Shown in pieces: positions 9,087 through 18,680 of a DNA stretch of 64,000 nucleotides. Source of the stretch: Patescibacteria group bacterium (lineage in GTDB: Bacteria; Patescibacteriota; Patescibacteriia; UBA9934; GWF2-40-263); the NCBI GenBank assembly GCA_041661745.1, contig JBAZTR010000001.1:186471-250470 (forward strand), in the 5' to 3' direction. The notes under the pieces were generated by a model. The model was given only the letters and a program-made list of their open reading frames with translations. It ran no database searches and was not told where the DNA came from. The position numbers and the translations under genes are program-made. Within the stretch, counting starts at the first letter, position 1. Every line of letters starts with the position of its first letter.

Positions 9087-10733
9087 TTATAACGGAAGAT
9101 TCGGCGGAATAATTTTATCTTCCTCTTCCATTCCTTCCGTTGCTTCGTTGGGGGCTGGCGGAAGTTTTACATCTTCAAGCTCAACGCCCGGTTCAAACAA
9201 AACTCGCATAACATCGGGAACATTTTTTTGAACATTAGACGCAACGGCCGTGGGCTGAGATTTAGTCTTTTGAATTCTGTTTGGTTCAATCGGCGCGGCA
9301 AAAGAAATTTCCGGCTCTAAAGTCGGCGACGTGGCCAAACCAATCGGCGGCGCTTCTTTTTTAGTTGGAGTAACCGGTGGCGTGCGATAAAGCGGAACAT
9401 CCTCCCCGGCAATCGGCAAAGAAACCGGTGGTTCAGCGCGACGCGATTCGGTTTTCTTAATTAACGGCGCTTTTATGGTGATGGTTGGGAAATGCCAAAT
9501 AGTTGCCAGTTCTTCAGTACACAAAATTTTAGGGGCGGCTCCCAAACTAAAACTGCGCTTTTTAAATGCTTGGGCAACCCGGGACTGACGATGGGTGTAA
9601 GTCCACCTTTGCCAAAAATAATCGTTTTTTGGAATTTGCGGGCTATACATGCCGAATTCCTGAGAACCATGATTATTAAACGGCGAAAGAAAACCCTTAA
9701 TCATGGGAACGCGTTGCCCCTTGCTATAAACGCCTTTTTTAGCAAAATAAGCAATTCTGATTTTAGTTTCAAAACCGAGGTGGGAAATCTTGTTCAAAAC
9801 CCCCTCAACTTGGGCTTTTTCTTCCAAAGTAATTTTAAAAGCCCGCCAAGGATCTTCCGGCTTATCAGAAGCTCCGCCTTCTAGGCCAAACATGGCGTTA
9901 ACATCAACCCCGGTGACTTCGTTGACAAAACCGCCCGGCCAAGACATCAGCTGATCCAAAAAACCATTTCCCTTGGCATCATCTTTAAGGCCGTAAGTTT
10001 TTTTAATAAACTTTCGCCCCTGCTCTTTCCATTTTTTTTGTTCAGATAAACCAAGAAGTATTTGAAAAAAGAAACATTCCCCCGGCCGCATACGACTCAT
10101 TTGTTCCAAAAGAGCGGACAACGGATCTTTTAACTCTTGTGATAGACCATGTTCAAACATTGGCCAAGTGCGTACAGGAAGATACTGATCTTTTTTTAAA
10201 ACAAACTCCGTTCCCCACATATCCCATTCAGGATCAGGGTACCTGCCCGGCACAATTTGGGCATAATCTTCAACTTCGGCGATTTGCGCGTCGGGATACT
10301 GGGCATAAATAGCGGCTTCGACCAAATCACGAAAACGCTCTTCACAACGAACGTAATACTGAATATAGCCATCAATGGAGGCAATCTCAAAACTAAACCG
10401 TGGCTGCATTTTGCCCATGAACCAAATTTCTTTCCAAAGCAGAGTGGAAAAAGTACCCTGAAGCGTGACAAAAATATTCTCCACGGCTTTTGGACTTTGC
10501 TCGGTCATTTTAGGCACGTCAATCGCTAAAACAATATACTGCAGGCGACCTTGAAAAATACCTTGCCGATAATCCTTCCAAATTTCCATTAATCCTTCGA
10601 GTAAAATGGCGGCAATGGGAATCCAACCGACTAATAAAATAACTTCCAAAAGAGCAACATCGATTGGTTGATTAAGAAAGGCGTGTAGATACGCTTCGGG
10701 CTTCGAGGTAATGGCAATGGCGAAGAGGAACAT
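9087..10733 (-). CDS. membrane protein (two N-terminal TM helices, large soluble domain, Pro-rich C-terminus), first gene of the ATPase cluster
   Basis: The 548-aa product has hydrophobic segments in the first 50 aa (AIAITS..., LLVGWIPIAAILL). It lies 10 nt upstream of the ATPase gene. No family recognised. Confidence 0.5.
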   Translation of the reverse strand: MFLFAIAITSKPEAYLHAFLNQPIDVALLEVILLVGWIPIAAILLEGLMEIWKDYRQGIFQGRLQYIVLAIDVPKMTEQSPKAVENIFVTLQGTFSTLLWKEIWFMGKMQPRFSFEIASIDGYIQYYVRCEERFRDLVEAAIYAQYPDAQIAEVEDYAQIVPGRYPDPEWDMWGTEFVLKKDQYLPVRTWPMFEHGLSQELKDPLSALLEQMSRMRPGECFFFQILLGLSEQKKWKEQGRKFIKKTYGLKDDAKGNGFLDQLMSWPGGFVNEVTGVDVNAMFGLEGGASDKPEDPWRAFKITLEEKAQVEGVLNKISHLGFETKIRIAYFAKKGVYSKGQRVPMIKGFLSPFNNHGSQEFGMYSPQIPKNDYFWQRWTYTHRQSRVAQAFKKRSFSLGAAPKILCTEELATIWHFPTITIKAPLIKKTESRRAEPPVSLPIAGEDVPLYRTPPVTPTKKEAPPIGLATSPTLEPEISFAAPIEPNRIQKTKSQPTAVASNVQKNVPDVMRVLFEPGVELEDVKLPPAPNEATEGMEEEDKIIPPNLPL

Positions 10734-10850
10734 ATCGTTGTCTATTATAGCACAAAAGGGCTTTAAAGGGTCGAGAAGAGCCTTGAAGGGTTGGGAAGAG
10801 TTGTGGAAAACAAAAACTCGAGCCAGTAGACTCGAGTTTTTAAAAACATT

Positions 10851-11750
10851 TTAAGCGCGGCGACGATGATTCCATTCTTCCCAAGCCACAAGTAAGGGGC
10901 TGGCAATAAAGATCGAGGAATAAGTTCCAATACCAATACCAACAAACAAAGCCAAAGCAAATGGTCGAGTTGTTTCCCCGCCCCAAACAAAGATAGCCAC
11001 AAGTGCCAACATGGTGGTAAGACTTGAATAGACTGAGCGGAATAAAGTTTGCTGAATACTTTTATCAACAGTGTCGCCAAAGTGTTCGTCACCAAAACGA
11101 CCCAAGTTTTCACGAGTACGATCAAAAACGACAATTGTATCGTTAATAGAATAACCAAGAATGGTCAAAGCCGCGGCCACGAAAGCTGTATCAATTTGCC
11201 AGCCAAAGAAATGACCGAGAATGGCAAACAAACCAAGCGGAACTATGACATCGTGAAAACCAGCAAAAACAGTGATTAAGGCGTATTTCCAAGATTTAAC
11301 TGGATCAGACACCTTGCGGAAAGACCAAGCAATAAACAATCCGATTAAAAGCAGGGTGACAATAACACCGGTGGTGGTTTTTTTACGCAACTCTGAACCG
11401 ACTGAAGGACCGAATGAATTAAACTGTAATTCGGTAACGCCTGGATCTTTGACCTCAAAAGCGCTAAGAACGGCCTGGTGGGCGGTTTCATCAAGAGCTT
11501 CAAGGCGAATAATCATTTCTGTTTCACCGCTCGGTTGAATCACCGAATGGTCATATCCTGCGGCTGATAAAATCGTTTGGGTCTCTTCGACACTCGGACG
11601 ATTTTGGAAATTAAGCTCGATAATGCTGCCGCCGGTAAAATCAATTCCGAAATTGAAACCAAAGATCGCAATCGCCGCAATACTGCCGACGATTAAAATC
11701 CCCGACAAAACGAACCAAATTTTTCGATGTTTAACAAATGAGAAGGTCAT
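10851..11750 (-). CDS. secF: protein translocase subunit SecF
   Basis: The 299-aa product contains the SecF-type segments GIDFTGG, AAALTILGYSINDTIVVFDR and a C-terminal TM. Confidence 0.85.
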   Translation of the reverse strand: MTFSFVKHRKIWFVLSGILIVGSIAAIAIFGFNFGIDFTGGSIIELNFQNRPSVEETQTILSAAGYDHSVIQPSGETEMIIRLEALDETAHQAVLSAFEVKDPGVTELQFNSFGPSVGSELRKKTTTGVIVTLLLIGLFIAWSFRKVSDPVKSWKYALITVFAGFHDVIVPLGLFAILGHFFGWQIDTAFVAAALTILGYSINDTIVVFDRTRENLGRFGDEHFGDTVDKSIQQTLFRSVYSSLTTMLALVAIFVWGGETTRPFALALFVGIGIGTYSSIFIASPLLVAWEEWNHRRRA

Positions 11751-11753
11751 AGA

Positions 11754-13796
11754 TTATTTTTGTTCAGGAATATGTCGGGCGTAATGTTTAATTTTATTCA
11801 TCCATTTAACTTTCTGTGAAGCCAACAAGTAGGTATGGGTCACGGTCACGGCCGTAAACATGCTGAATAAAACACCAATCGACAAGGTTAAAGCAAAACC
11901 TTTAATAAAGCTGGAACTAAAAGTATACAAGACCACGGCAGCAATAAGCGTGGTCAAGTGACCATCGCGAATAGCCGGCCAGGCGCGGTGGTGTCCTTCA
12001 TCAATAGCCGAACGTAAGTCACGCCCAGCTCGCAATTCTTCTTTTACACGTTCAAAAATAAGCACGTTGGCGTCCACCGCCATACCAATAGACAGAACTA
12101 AACCAGCAATACCAGAAAGTGAAATAGTTACGCCGAAAATACGGTAAGTCAGTAAGTTAAGGGCAACATAAAACAACAAGGCCACAACTGCAACAAAACC
12201 CGGCACTTGATACATGACAAGCATGAATAAACCAACCAGACCGAAACCGGCCAAAGCCGCCGTAATACTGCGATCAAGTGAGGTTTGGCCAAGCATTGGG
12301 CCGACAGTTTGTTGTGAAAGTAAACTAACCGGCACTGGTAAAGCCCCGGCGTTTAAGCGTTGAGCCAAGGTTTTAGCTTCGTCCAAAGTAAAGCTGCCAG
12401 TAATAACTGCCTGTCCTCCAGCAATTTGATCTTGGACGGTCGGAACGGAAATCGGTGAACCATCTAAGAAAATAGCTACTTGTTGGCCGATGTTGCGTCC
12501 AGTAATTTCGGCAAACATATCAGCGCCTTCGGCGTTAAACTGCAGGGCTACGTGAGGTGAACCGGTAGTTTGATCGAATTCAACTGTGGCTGTTTTTAAC
12601 TGTTGACCGGTTAACCCAGTGGATTTCCATTGTTCATCAACCTGAGCAATGTCGTTCAAGGTAGTTAGTTTAAGAGCAATGTCTTCCAAATGATAAACCG
12701 TAATCGGCTCTTGAGCTTTTTTGTAAATAATGTGGTAACCAAATTCAGTTTCCACTACTTCAGAAATTCCACCAACCGGCGTATTCAACGCCGCCAGTTC
12801 AAAAGCCGCGACGGTTTGGCCTGGTTCGATCCAACCCAAATATCCGCCATCAGAAGCGCTACCCAGGTCAGTTGAAAACTCTTTAGCCTTTTCAGAAAAA
12901 TTTTCCGCTGTCAAACCATCTTTCAAGGCAATTAATTTTTGGTTGGCTTCGATAGCCGGAATCGGATTAGCACAACTGGTTTTACCTTCAAAACAAATTA
13001 AAATGTGGGAAAGCTGCATTTTTTGCGAATCCTTTTTTTCATCGTAACGAACAATATTCAACATTCCGTTGGTTTCGATAACACGAGAAACAACCGAACC
13101 TGGCTTGGTCCGGAAATTAAGCGCCTCCTGAACCAAATAACCGAAGTCTGTATTGTCGGCGCTGATCCAACCAAGATCATTGCCGTTTAATTCAGTTGAA
13201 AGAGCCACCCAATCTTCGCTTTTAGCCCGAGCCAAAACTTCACTGGCTTTTTGGCGTTCGGTTATATTAGCCGCATCGATTTGTGCCTGTTCTTCGGCTG
13301 TCGCGGCTCGACCAACTTCGGTGTTGGCTTCTTTAAATTCCAAAATAGGCGTTTCGCCAATTTGTTTAATAGCTTCGGTAACATCAAGTACACCAGCCAA
13401 ATCAACAATAATGCGGTTACCTTGAGCTGTGGTGACTAACGGTTCAGATACGCCGAAGGCATTAACACGACGTTCAATAACATCACGTACGCCTTCCAAA
13501 GCTGCTCCTTGTTCGGTTCCCTCAACCTTTGACATGTCGGCTTGGTACACCAGGTGTGTGCCGCCTTGCAGGTCAAGACCGAAGCGATAAGCTGATTCGT
13601 CCAGCTTTATGGCGTCGGTGCTGAAACCGGTTAAACCGCCAACCCACGTAACCCCTTTATTCCAATAGCCTGGAAAGTCGTAAGCCGCGGCCGCCAAGGT
13701 GGCAATTAAAAAGAAGGCGGTTAGGCCCGGAATTAGCCATTTTTTTCGCATTCCGGAAGCGCCCCCTTTTGGATAGTTTCTTTTCCAATTTTGCAT
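11754..13796 (-). CDS. secD: protein translocase subunit SecD with an inserted PpiC/parvulin-type PPIase domain
   Basis: The 680-aa product has a SecD N-terminus and the C-terminal TM core LSIGMAVDANVLIFERV. An internal segment LSHILICF...GGYLGWIEPGQTV...TEFGYHIIYK matches the rotamase signature. Confidence 0.8.
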   Translation of the reverse strand: MQNWKRNYPKGGASGMRKKWLIPGLTAFFLIATLAAAAYDFPGYWNKGVTWVGGLTGFSTDAIKLDESAYRFGLDLQGGTHLVYQADMSKVEGTEQGAALEGVRDVIERRVNAFGVSEPLVTTAQGNRIIVDLAGVLDVTEAIKQIGETPILEFKEANTEVGRAATAEEQAQIDAANITERQKASEVLARAKSEDWVALSTELNGNDLGWISADNTDFGYLVQEALNFRTKPGSVVSRVIETNGMLNIVRYDEKKDSQKMQLSHILICFEGKTSCANPIPAIEANQKLIALKDGLTAENFSEKAKEFSTDLGSASDGGYLGWIEPGQTVAAFELAALNTPVGGISEVVETEFGYHIIYKKAQEPITVYHLEDIALKLTTLNDIAQVDEQWKSTGLTGQQLKTATVEFDQTTGSPHVALQFNAEGADMFAEITGRNIGQQVAIFLDGSPISVPTVQDQIAGGQAVITGSFTLDEAKTLAQRLNAGALPVPVSLLSQQTVGPMLGQTSLDRSITAALAGFGLVGLFMLVMYQVPGFVAVVALLFYVALNLLTYRIFGVTISLSGIAGLVLSIGMAVDANVLIFERVKEELRAGRDLRSAIDEGHHRAWPAIRDGHLTTLIAAVVLYTFSSSFIKGFALTLSIGVLFSMFTAVTVTHTYLLASQKVKWMNKIKHYARHIPEQK

Positions 13797-13882
13797 AATA
13801 AAATCAAATAAAAGCGGCGTAATTGTATGACAAACGCCGTTTTTTTACAAGTTTTAAGGTGGAAAACCCAATTATCAAACTT

Positions 13883-15019
13883 TTAAATCCAAGCTAATAA
13901 TCCAGCCAAAACAATCACCACGATTGTGTGTGCAATGATTGTATGATGCTGAATTTCAAATTTAATCAAGATACTGGCGAGGAGAATGGCCGACAAAACA
14001 GCCATAGTTAATAAGAATAACTGTCGAACTGTATCTTCGATTCCGTTAATGTGTAAAAAACCGAGCAGGGTTAATTGTCGATTACCACCTTCGGCATAAA
14101 AAACATCGCGACTATCTGAGCTGCCAGCTACCCAACCGGCCTTTTGTATTTCACTTTCGCCGTCTTTCTTGGCTTGCACAAAAACATCGGCACCATCAGT
14201 ATCCGGAACTTCAGAAATAGTTGAAACCGTGCCCGTCCAAATATCCGTTCTTTCGTCTTTAACTAACTCAACACTGTTTTCGTTTAACGAAACTTCAACT
14301 TCATCAGCGGTTGGCGCGGTCACGGCAACCTCAACCCCCGTTGTTGTTAAAACAACATTGGTTATCGTAGCCAGCTTGGTTTCAGGTTCAGTTTCTTGCG
14401 CTAAAATTTCACTTGGTTTATTCCTTGGTTTACCAAACATTTGAACAACAACGATAGAATTCTCAAAATTATTAAAATTTCCACGAGCCACCCCAACACC
14501 AATATCGGCAAAACGTTCGTCCATTATGTTGGCGCGGTGAGTGGGGCTAGCCAACCAACCAGCCAGCGTGTCCTCGGCTTGAGTGTAATAAACCGCCAAA
14601 TTCTCCCCAGCCAATTCATAAGCGTAACCGTTGGAAAGAATCCACTGCCACGGCGTGACATTGGCGGGACTAGTGTGAGCGAAATACTGATTTAAAATCA
14701 TGTCTTCGGCCTTGGCTTGAGCCGCGGCATCAAGTTTGGTGTTATCGACCAGCTCCGTTAGCCCGGCCGAACGACGGCTGGCGTTGGTCAAATCAATAAT
14801 ATTTTCACGCGTCACCGCACTGGAATAAAGGCTGGCCGATGGTAAAAAAAGCTGGGCGCTAATTAGGGCCAATTTTATTATTATCAAAAAAAAGCTGTAC
14901 GCAAACAAGGCTTGATGACGAATTGCCTTAGGTTTGTGGTCATTCCCCTCGTGCGGAACAAAATAATCTTTAGAAATTCTTTTTGAGGCGTGAAAGAAAC
15001 GCGACAAGTGCTGTTTCAT
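13883..15019 (-). CDS. membrane-anchored CAP/SCP (cysteine-rich secretory protein-like) domain protein
   Basis: The segment NQYFAHTSP...LAGENLAVYY...WLASPTHRANIMDERFADIGVGVA matches CAP. It has an N-terminal TM. The start was moved to MKQHLSR to avoid overlapping the sortase gene. Confidence 0.6.
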   Translation of the reverse strand: MKQHLSRFFHASKRISKDYFVPHEGNDHKPKAIRHQALFAYSFFLIIIKLALISAQLFLPSASLYSSAVTRENIIDLTNASRRSAGLTELVDNTKLDAAAQAKAEDMILNQYFAHTSPANVTPWQWILSNGYAYELAGENLAVYYTQAEDTLAGWLASPTHRANIMDERFADIGVGVARGNFNNFENSIVVVQMFGKPRNKPSEILAQETEPETKLATITNVVLTTTGVEVAVTAPTADEVEVSLNENSVELVKDERTDIWTGTVSTISEVPDTDGADVFVQAKKDGESEIQKAGWVAGSSDSRDVFYAEGGNRQLTLLGFLHINGIEDTVRQLFLLTMAVLSAILLASILIKFEIQHHTIIAHTIVVIVLAGLLAWI

Positions 15020-15044
15020 AGATAAGTATATGATAGCAAGAACT

Positions 15045-15683
15045 TTACAGCTCGACCAATTCGGCCACCACAATAAAACGTGCCAGGGCTGTGCCAAATG
15101 GATAAGAAGTCTGAAGAGTCAAAACAATTTTACCATCAGTTTCTTGATTCAAGACTCTAAGATCAGAAGGAGAAATAACGAAGGTTTCTTTGACCTGAAA
15201 ATGAAAGAGGTGGCCAGCCTGATTGGTCGCGTAAATATCATCACCTAATTTAATATTCGGTAAAAGGGCAAAAATGTATCGATAAGAATTATCAACCCAA
15301 GTAAAATCACTAGAGTGACCAAAAATATAAGCATTGCCGACTGCTCCGACTTCGGCTGTGTCAGGATAATGAACGACCCCCTGTCTTAACAGTTCTTGGA
15401 AAACATCTTCGTCCACAGTTTCGGTAAAAAGAATAGGCGTACGAATATTAAGGGCAGGTATAGCCAATTCGTTAGCCGCCAATTCAGGCGGCCCGGTTGG
15501 TTCTGATGGTGCTTCGGAGGTAATTATTTGAGTTATTTGTGCTGTTTTGTATTTAGTTAAAATGGCAATGTAACCAAAATTCAAAATAAAATAAAAACCA
15601 AAGGCTACAAGCAAAATAAGCCCGGCTTTTTTCCAGTCAAAAAAATATTTAGTTTTGTGTATCGGCTTTTTTTTCTCCCCCAT
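15045..15683 (-). CDS. sortase-family transpeptidase homolog with Ser in place of the catalytic Cys (TLQTS instead of TLxTC)
   Basis: The 212-aa product has an N-terminal TM. It contains GNAYIFGHSS...GDDIY...ISPSDLRVL...DGKIVLTLQTSYP...ALARFIVVAELV, which aligns with the sortase core (His, TLxTC, Arg). It has no Cys at all. Confidence 0.7.
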   Translation of the reverse strand: MGEKKKPIHKTKYFFDWKKAGLILLVAFGFYFILNFGYIAILTKYKTAQITQIITSEAPSEPTGPPELAANELAIPALNIRTPILFTETVDEDVFQELLRQGVVHYPDTAEVGAVGNAYIFGHSSDFTWVDNSYRYIFALLPNIKLGDDIYATNQAGHLFHFQVKETFVISPSDLRVLNQETDGKIVLTLQTSYPFGTALARFIVVAELVEL

Positions 15684-15736
15684 AGAACACTCCTACTCAA
15701 AAACGCCAGCTCTGTTTAAGGCTGGCGTTTCATTCA

Positions 15737-18244
15737 TTAAGCTTTTTTCCTTCGACGAAACGCGAGTATAAATAAACTTGCAAAAGGCAACAGGAAAGAA
15801 ACCGGCAAGCCAGTACGCGGCAATTCATCAGTCGCCCCAAGAACCATTGGCTCCGGAGTAACAACGGCCGGATCAGCCACGACCTCGGCTTCGTCGGTTA
15901 CACCAAGAACCATTGGTTCTGGCGCAGTGACGGCCGGATCAGCTATATCTTCTTCGTCAGCTTCGTCGGTTACACCAAGGACTGTTGGTGTAGGGGTTGA
16001 GGAACCACTGGACGATGTTCCCCCATGACCGCCACCAGTGCCGATTTGGTGATCTTCGATCAGAATTGTAACTTCATAATTTTGATTGGCTGCCATAGTC
16101 ACCACACCAACATTATTACAATCACCACTTATGACAACACTATATCCATCTTCAGCCGAAGCCATAACCAAAGAATCGTCAATCACTGGTTCTTCTGAAC
16201 CTTCGTGACCGTCAAAAATTTCATAAATTTTATATTCGCCAGGAGAAAAATCAGTTTTTACATCTTGTGAAACCACGGTTTCCCCAGCGTATAAAGTGAA
16301 ATCGTAAGGTGTAAAATTATGTCCGTCGTTATTACTAATCTCAAGATGAACGGTTAAATGTCCGTTTCCATCAGAATCGTCACCCATAACATCTTCTAAA
16401 CCACCTGAATCAATTTCACCACCTGACTCGTCGCCACCCTCTCCACCCTCTCCACCCTCTCCACCCTCTCCACCCTCTCCACCCTCTCCAAAATCACCAT
16501 CAATACCACCGATTTCACCTTCAGAATCATCACCTGTTTCTTCTTCCTCTTCGGTTTCTTCGTCGCCACTCCCGTCATCTTCTATAATTTCATCATCACC
16601 CAATTCCTCATCTCCGGTTTCGTCGTCGCCTGTCTCGTCAACAATTTCATCACCGGATTCGTCGCCACCCTCTCCGCCCTCTCCAAAATCACCATCAATA
16701 CCACCGATTTCACCTCCAGAATCATCACCTGTTTCTTCTTCCTCTTCAGATTCATCATCGCCGGTTTCATCATCGACCTCTTCACCTGATTCGTCTTCGC
16801 CTTCACCGCCTTCGCCACCCTCTCCGCCCTCTCCAAAATCACCATCAATACCACCGATTTCACCTTCAGAATCATCACCTGTATCGCCGGTTTCTTCTTC
16901 TTGAGCAATATCATCGTTTATAATCGTACATTTTTTTTCATCACCAGGGCCAAGAGTAATCGAACCGTCGGCAGCACAATCACCATTAATTGTGGTTGTA
17001 TAAAGGCTTGATCCACCTTCAGAAACGGTATAAGTACCAAGAGCAAACTCGGTGGCCACATCATTGCTGACCGACACACCATCAACGAAAAGTGGAAAAT
17101 TTTCAGCAGTCATCGTTCCGCCATTGTCGTTGATAACTGTTTCAGTAACAGTTAATGTTGGCAAAATAGCACTATTTGTAAAACTACAAGTAGCATTAAC
17201 AGGTTCTGTCCCGGCTTCAACCGTGGTTTGGGCCGTCTCTCCATCGAATTCACAATTATCACCGCCCCAGGCAGTTAAAGAATAACCAGAAGGACCAGAT
17301 TCAACGATAGTATAAGTTCCGGCTGGGACATCTGTAATTATTACCGAGGACGAACCGTCTTCAATATCAAAAGTTGTTTGATCGTTAATGGCCGGCGAAA
17401 CAACAAATGACCATTCATCAGCCGAATCCGGCCCACTGGCCACAGTCTTCATTAAAGTTAAGGTTGGCAAAACTGTAGTTTCGTCTTCTTCAGCATCTAC
17501 TGGATTAATGGAAATTGTTTCTTTGGCAGTATCCAATTTGACACTCAAAGACGAACCAGGAAATTCGCTTGCTTCTGATCCAAGACGAGCACAAAGATAG
17601 ACATAAGCGGTTTGATTTCCTGGAATATCTTCAAGAGCAATATTGTAATATCTTTGTGCATCGGTTGATGTGGTTGAATCACCATCATCACTGGAAAATG
17701 GTCCGGTAACAACGGCCGAAACCGAACTCCCATCGCTAACCGGAAAAGTCATGGAAGAAAACGAGGTAGCCGGATATAAAAAATCACTCAAATCATCGGC
17801 ATCGTGTGGCGCGGTAAGCGAGGTGGAAATTCCTTCGAAATCTGTAATACCTAAATAGCCGCTTTTATAATAATCAAAAGAGAGACCAAATGTTACGTCA
17901 TCTGTTGAAGCGATTTTGTTCTCAACATCCACAAGAATAGGGACACAGGAGCCTTCGGGATAATTGGAAACATTTCCGTTATTAAAAGAACCGGATCCAC
18001 TTTGTCCAGAGCTAGAAATCGACACGGAGTCAGCATCAAAAACATACATGGATTCAGTTTTAACTGCCGCTCCGGCCAATGGAACAAGAAATGTTTGAGC
18101 GACAAGAAAGCACGAAAGGATGCAAAAGCTTAAAGAAGATTTTACAGAGGACGACCGAACTTTCGATATCCAAGATCGTCCTTTCTTAACCTTTTTCATA
18201 TCAAAAATATTAACTTTTTGATTAAAAATAATAATTTTCTCCAC
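15737..18244 (-). CDS. LPxTG-type cell-surface protein (LPRTG sorting signal) with acidic Gly/Glu low-complexity repeats
   Basis: The 835-aa product has an N-terminal signal/TM and a C-terminus ...ATDELPRTGLPVSFLLPFASLFILAFRRRKKA. The middle is GEGGEGGEG/DESGEE repeats. Confidence 0.75.
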   Translation of the reverse strand: MEKIIIFNQKVNIFDMKKVKKGRSWISKVRSSSVKSSLSFCILSCFLVAQTFLVPLAGAAVKTESMYVFDADSVSISSSGQSGSGSFNNGNVSNYPEGSCVPILVDVENKIASTDDVTFGLSFDYYKSGYLGITDFEGISTSLTAPHDADDLSDFLYPATSFSSMTFPVSDGSSVSAVVTGPFSSDDGDSTTSTDAQRYYNIALEDIPGNQTAYVYLCARLGSEASEFPGSSLSVKLDTAKETISINPVDAEEDETTVLPTLTLMKTVASGPDSADEWSFVVSPAINDQTTFDIEDGSSSVIITDVPAGTYTIVESGPSGYSLTAWGGDNCEFDGETAQTTVEAGTEPVNATCSFTNSAILPTLTVTETVINDNGGTMTAENFPLFVDGVSVSNDVATEFALGTYTVSEGGSSLYTTTINGDCAADGSITLGPGDEKKCTIINDDIAQEEETGDTGDDSEGEIGGIDGDFGEGGEGGEGGEGEDESGEEVDDETGDDESEEEEETGDDSGGEIGGIDGDFGEGGEGGDESGDEIVDETGDDETGDEELGDDEIIEDDGSGDEETEEEEETGDDSEGEIGGIDGDFGEGGEGGEGGEGGEGGEGGDESGGEIDSGGLEDVMGDDSDGNGHLTVHLEISNNDGHNFTPYDFTLYAGETVVSQDVKTDFSPGEYKIYEIFDGHEGSEEPVIDDSLVMASAEDGYSVVISGDCNNVGVVTMAANQNYEVTILIEDHQIGTGGGHGGTSSSGSSTPTPTVLGVTDEADEEDIADPAVTAPEPMVLGVTDEAEVVADPAVVTPEPMVLGATDELPRTGLPVSFLLPFASLFILAFRRRKKA
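16395..16905. repeat. tandem coding repeats (9-bp CCACCCTCT units and about 150-bp units x3) inside the LPRTG protein gene
   Basis: Visible direct repeats ccaccctctccaccctctcc... and three copies of ...tctccaaaatcaccatcaataccaccgatttcacc... Confidence 0.7.
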
Positions 18245-18265
18245 TTTAACCTATTTCTTTCAGTT

Positions 18266-18679
18266 TTACAAGTCCTTTTCGGTTAAAACATTAATATTGT
18301 TCTCTTTAAAAAGCTTAGTGGTCACGCCATCACTATCAATTAAATTTCCAGAAAAAGTGCCGTCAAAAACCTTACCACAACCGCAAGACGGCGATTTTGA
18401 TTTTAAAATCGCCTCCTTGCAATTAAACAGCTGGGCAATTTCCAAAGCCGCTTGCGCCCCTTTTTTAAATTGTTCAGTTACTTCTTGACCGTCTTTGGTA
18501 AAAACCCTGTCGCCTTTTTGTTCGGACGGCAGACGAGGAGTAGGTAAACCTCCTAATTGCTCGGGGCAAACCGGTATGGCTTTCCCTTCCCTAACCATTT
18601 CAACAATCTTGGGGCACGATTTATCATCACCATCACAACGACAATTTAGTCCAGCCAAACAAGCGCTGACGATTTTCAT
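18266..18679 (-). CDS. DUF523 domain protein
   Basis: The 137-aa product has the N-terminus MKIVSACLAGLNCRCDG and a later CPE..GGLPTPR motif characteristic of DUF523. Confidence 0.6.
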   Translation of the reverse strand: MKIVSACLAGLNCRCDGDDKSCPKIVEMVREGKAIPVCPEQLGGLPTPRLPSEQKGDRVFTKDGQEVTEQFKKGAQAALEIAQLFNCKEAILKSKSPSCGCGKVFDGTFSGNLIDSDGVTTKLFKENNINVLTEKDL

Positions 18680-18680
18680 A

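Noticed and set aside
16395-16905. Possible CRISPR array suggested by short direct repeats
   Set aside because: The repeats are contiguous (no spacers), lie inside a long ORF and encode GEG/DESGEE low-complexity protein repeats. No cas genes are nearby.
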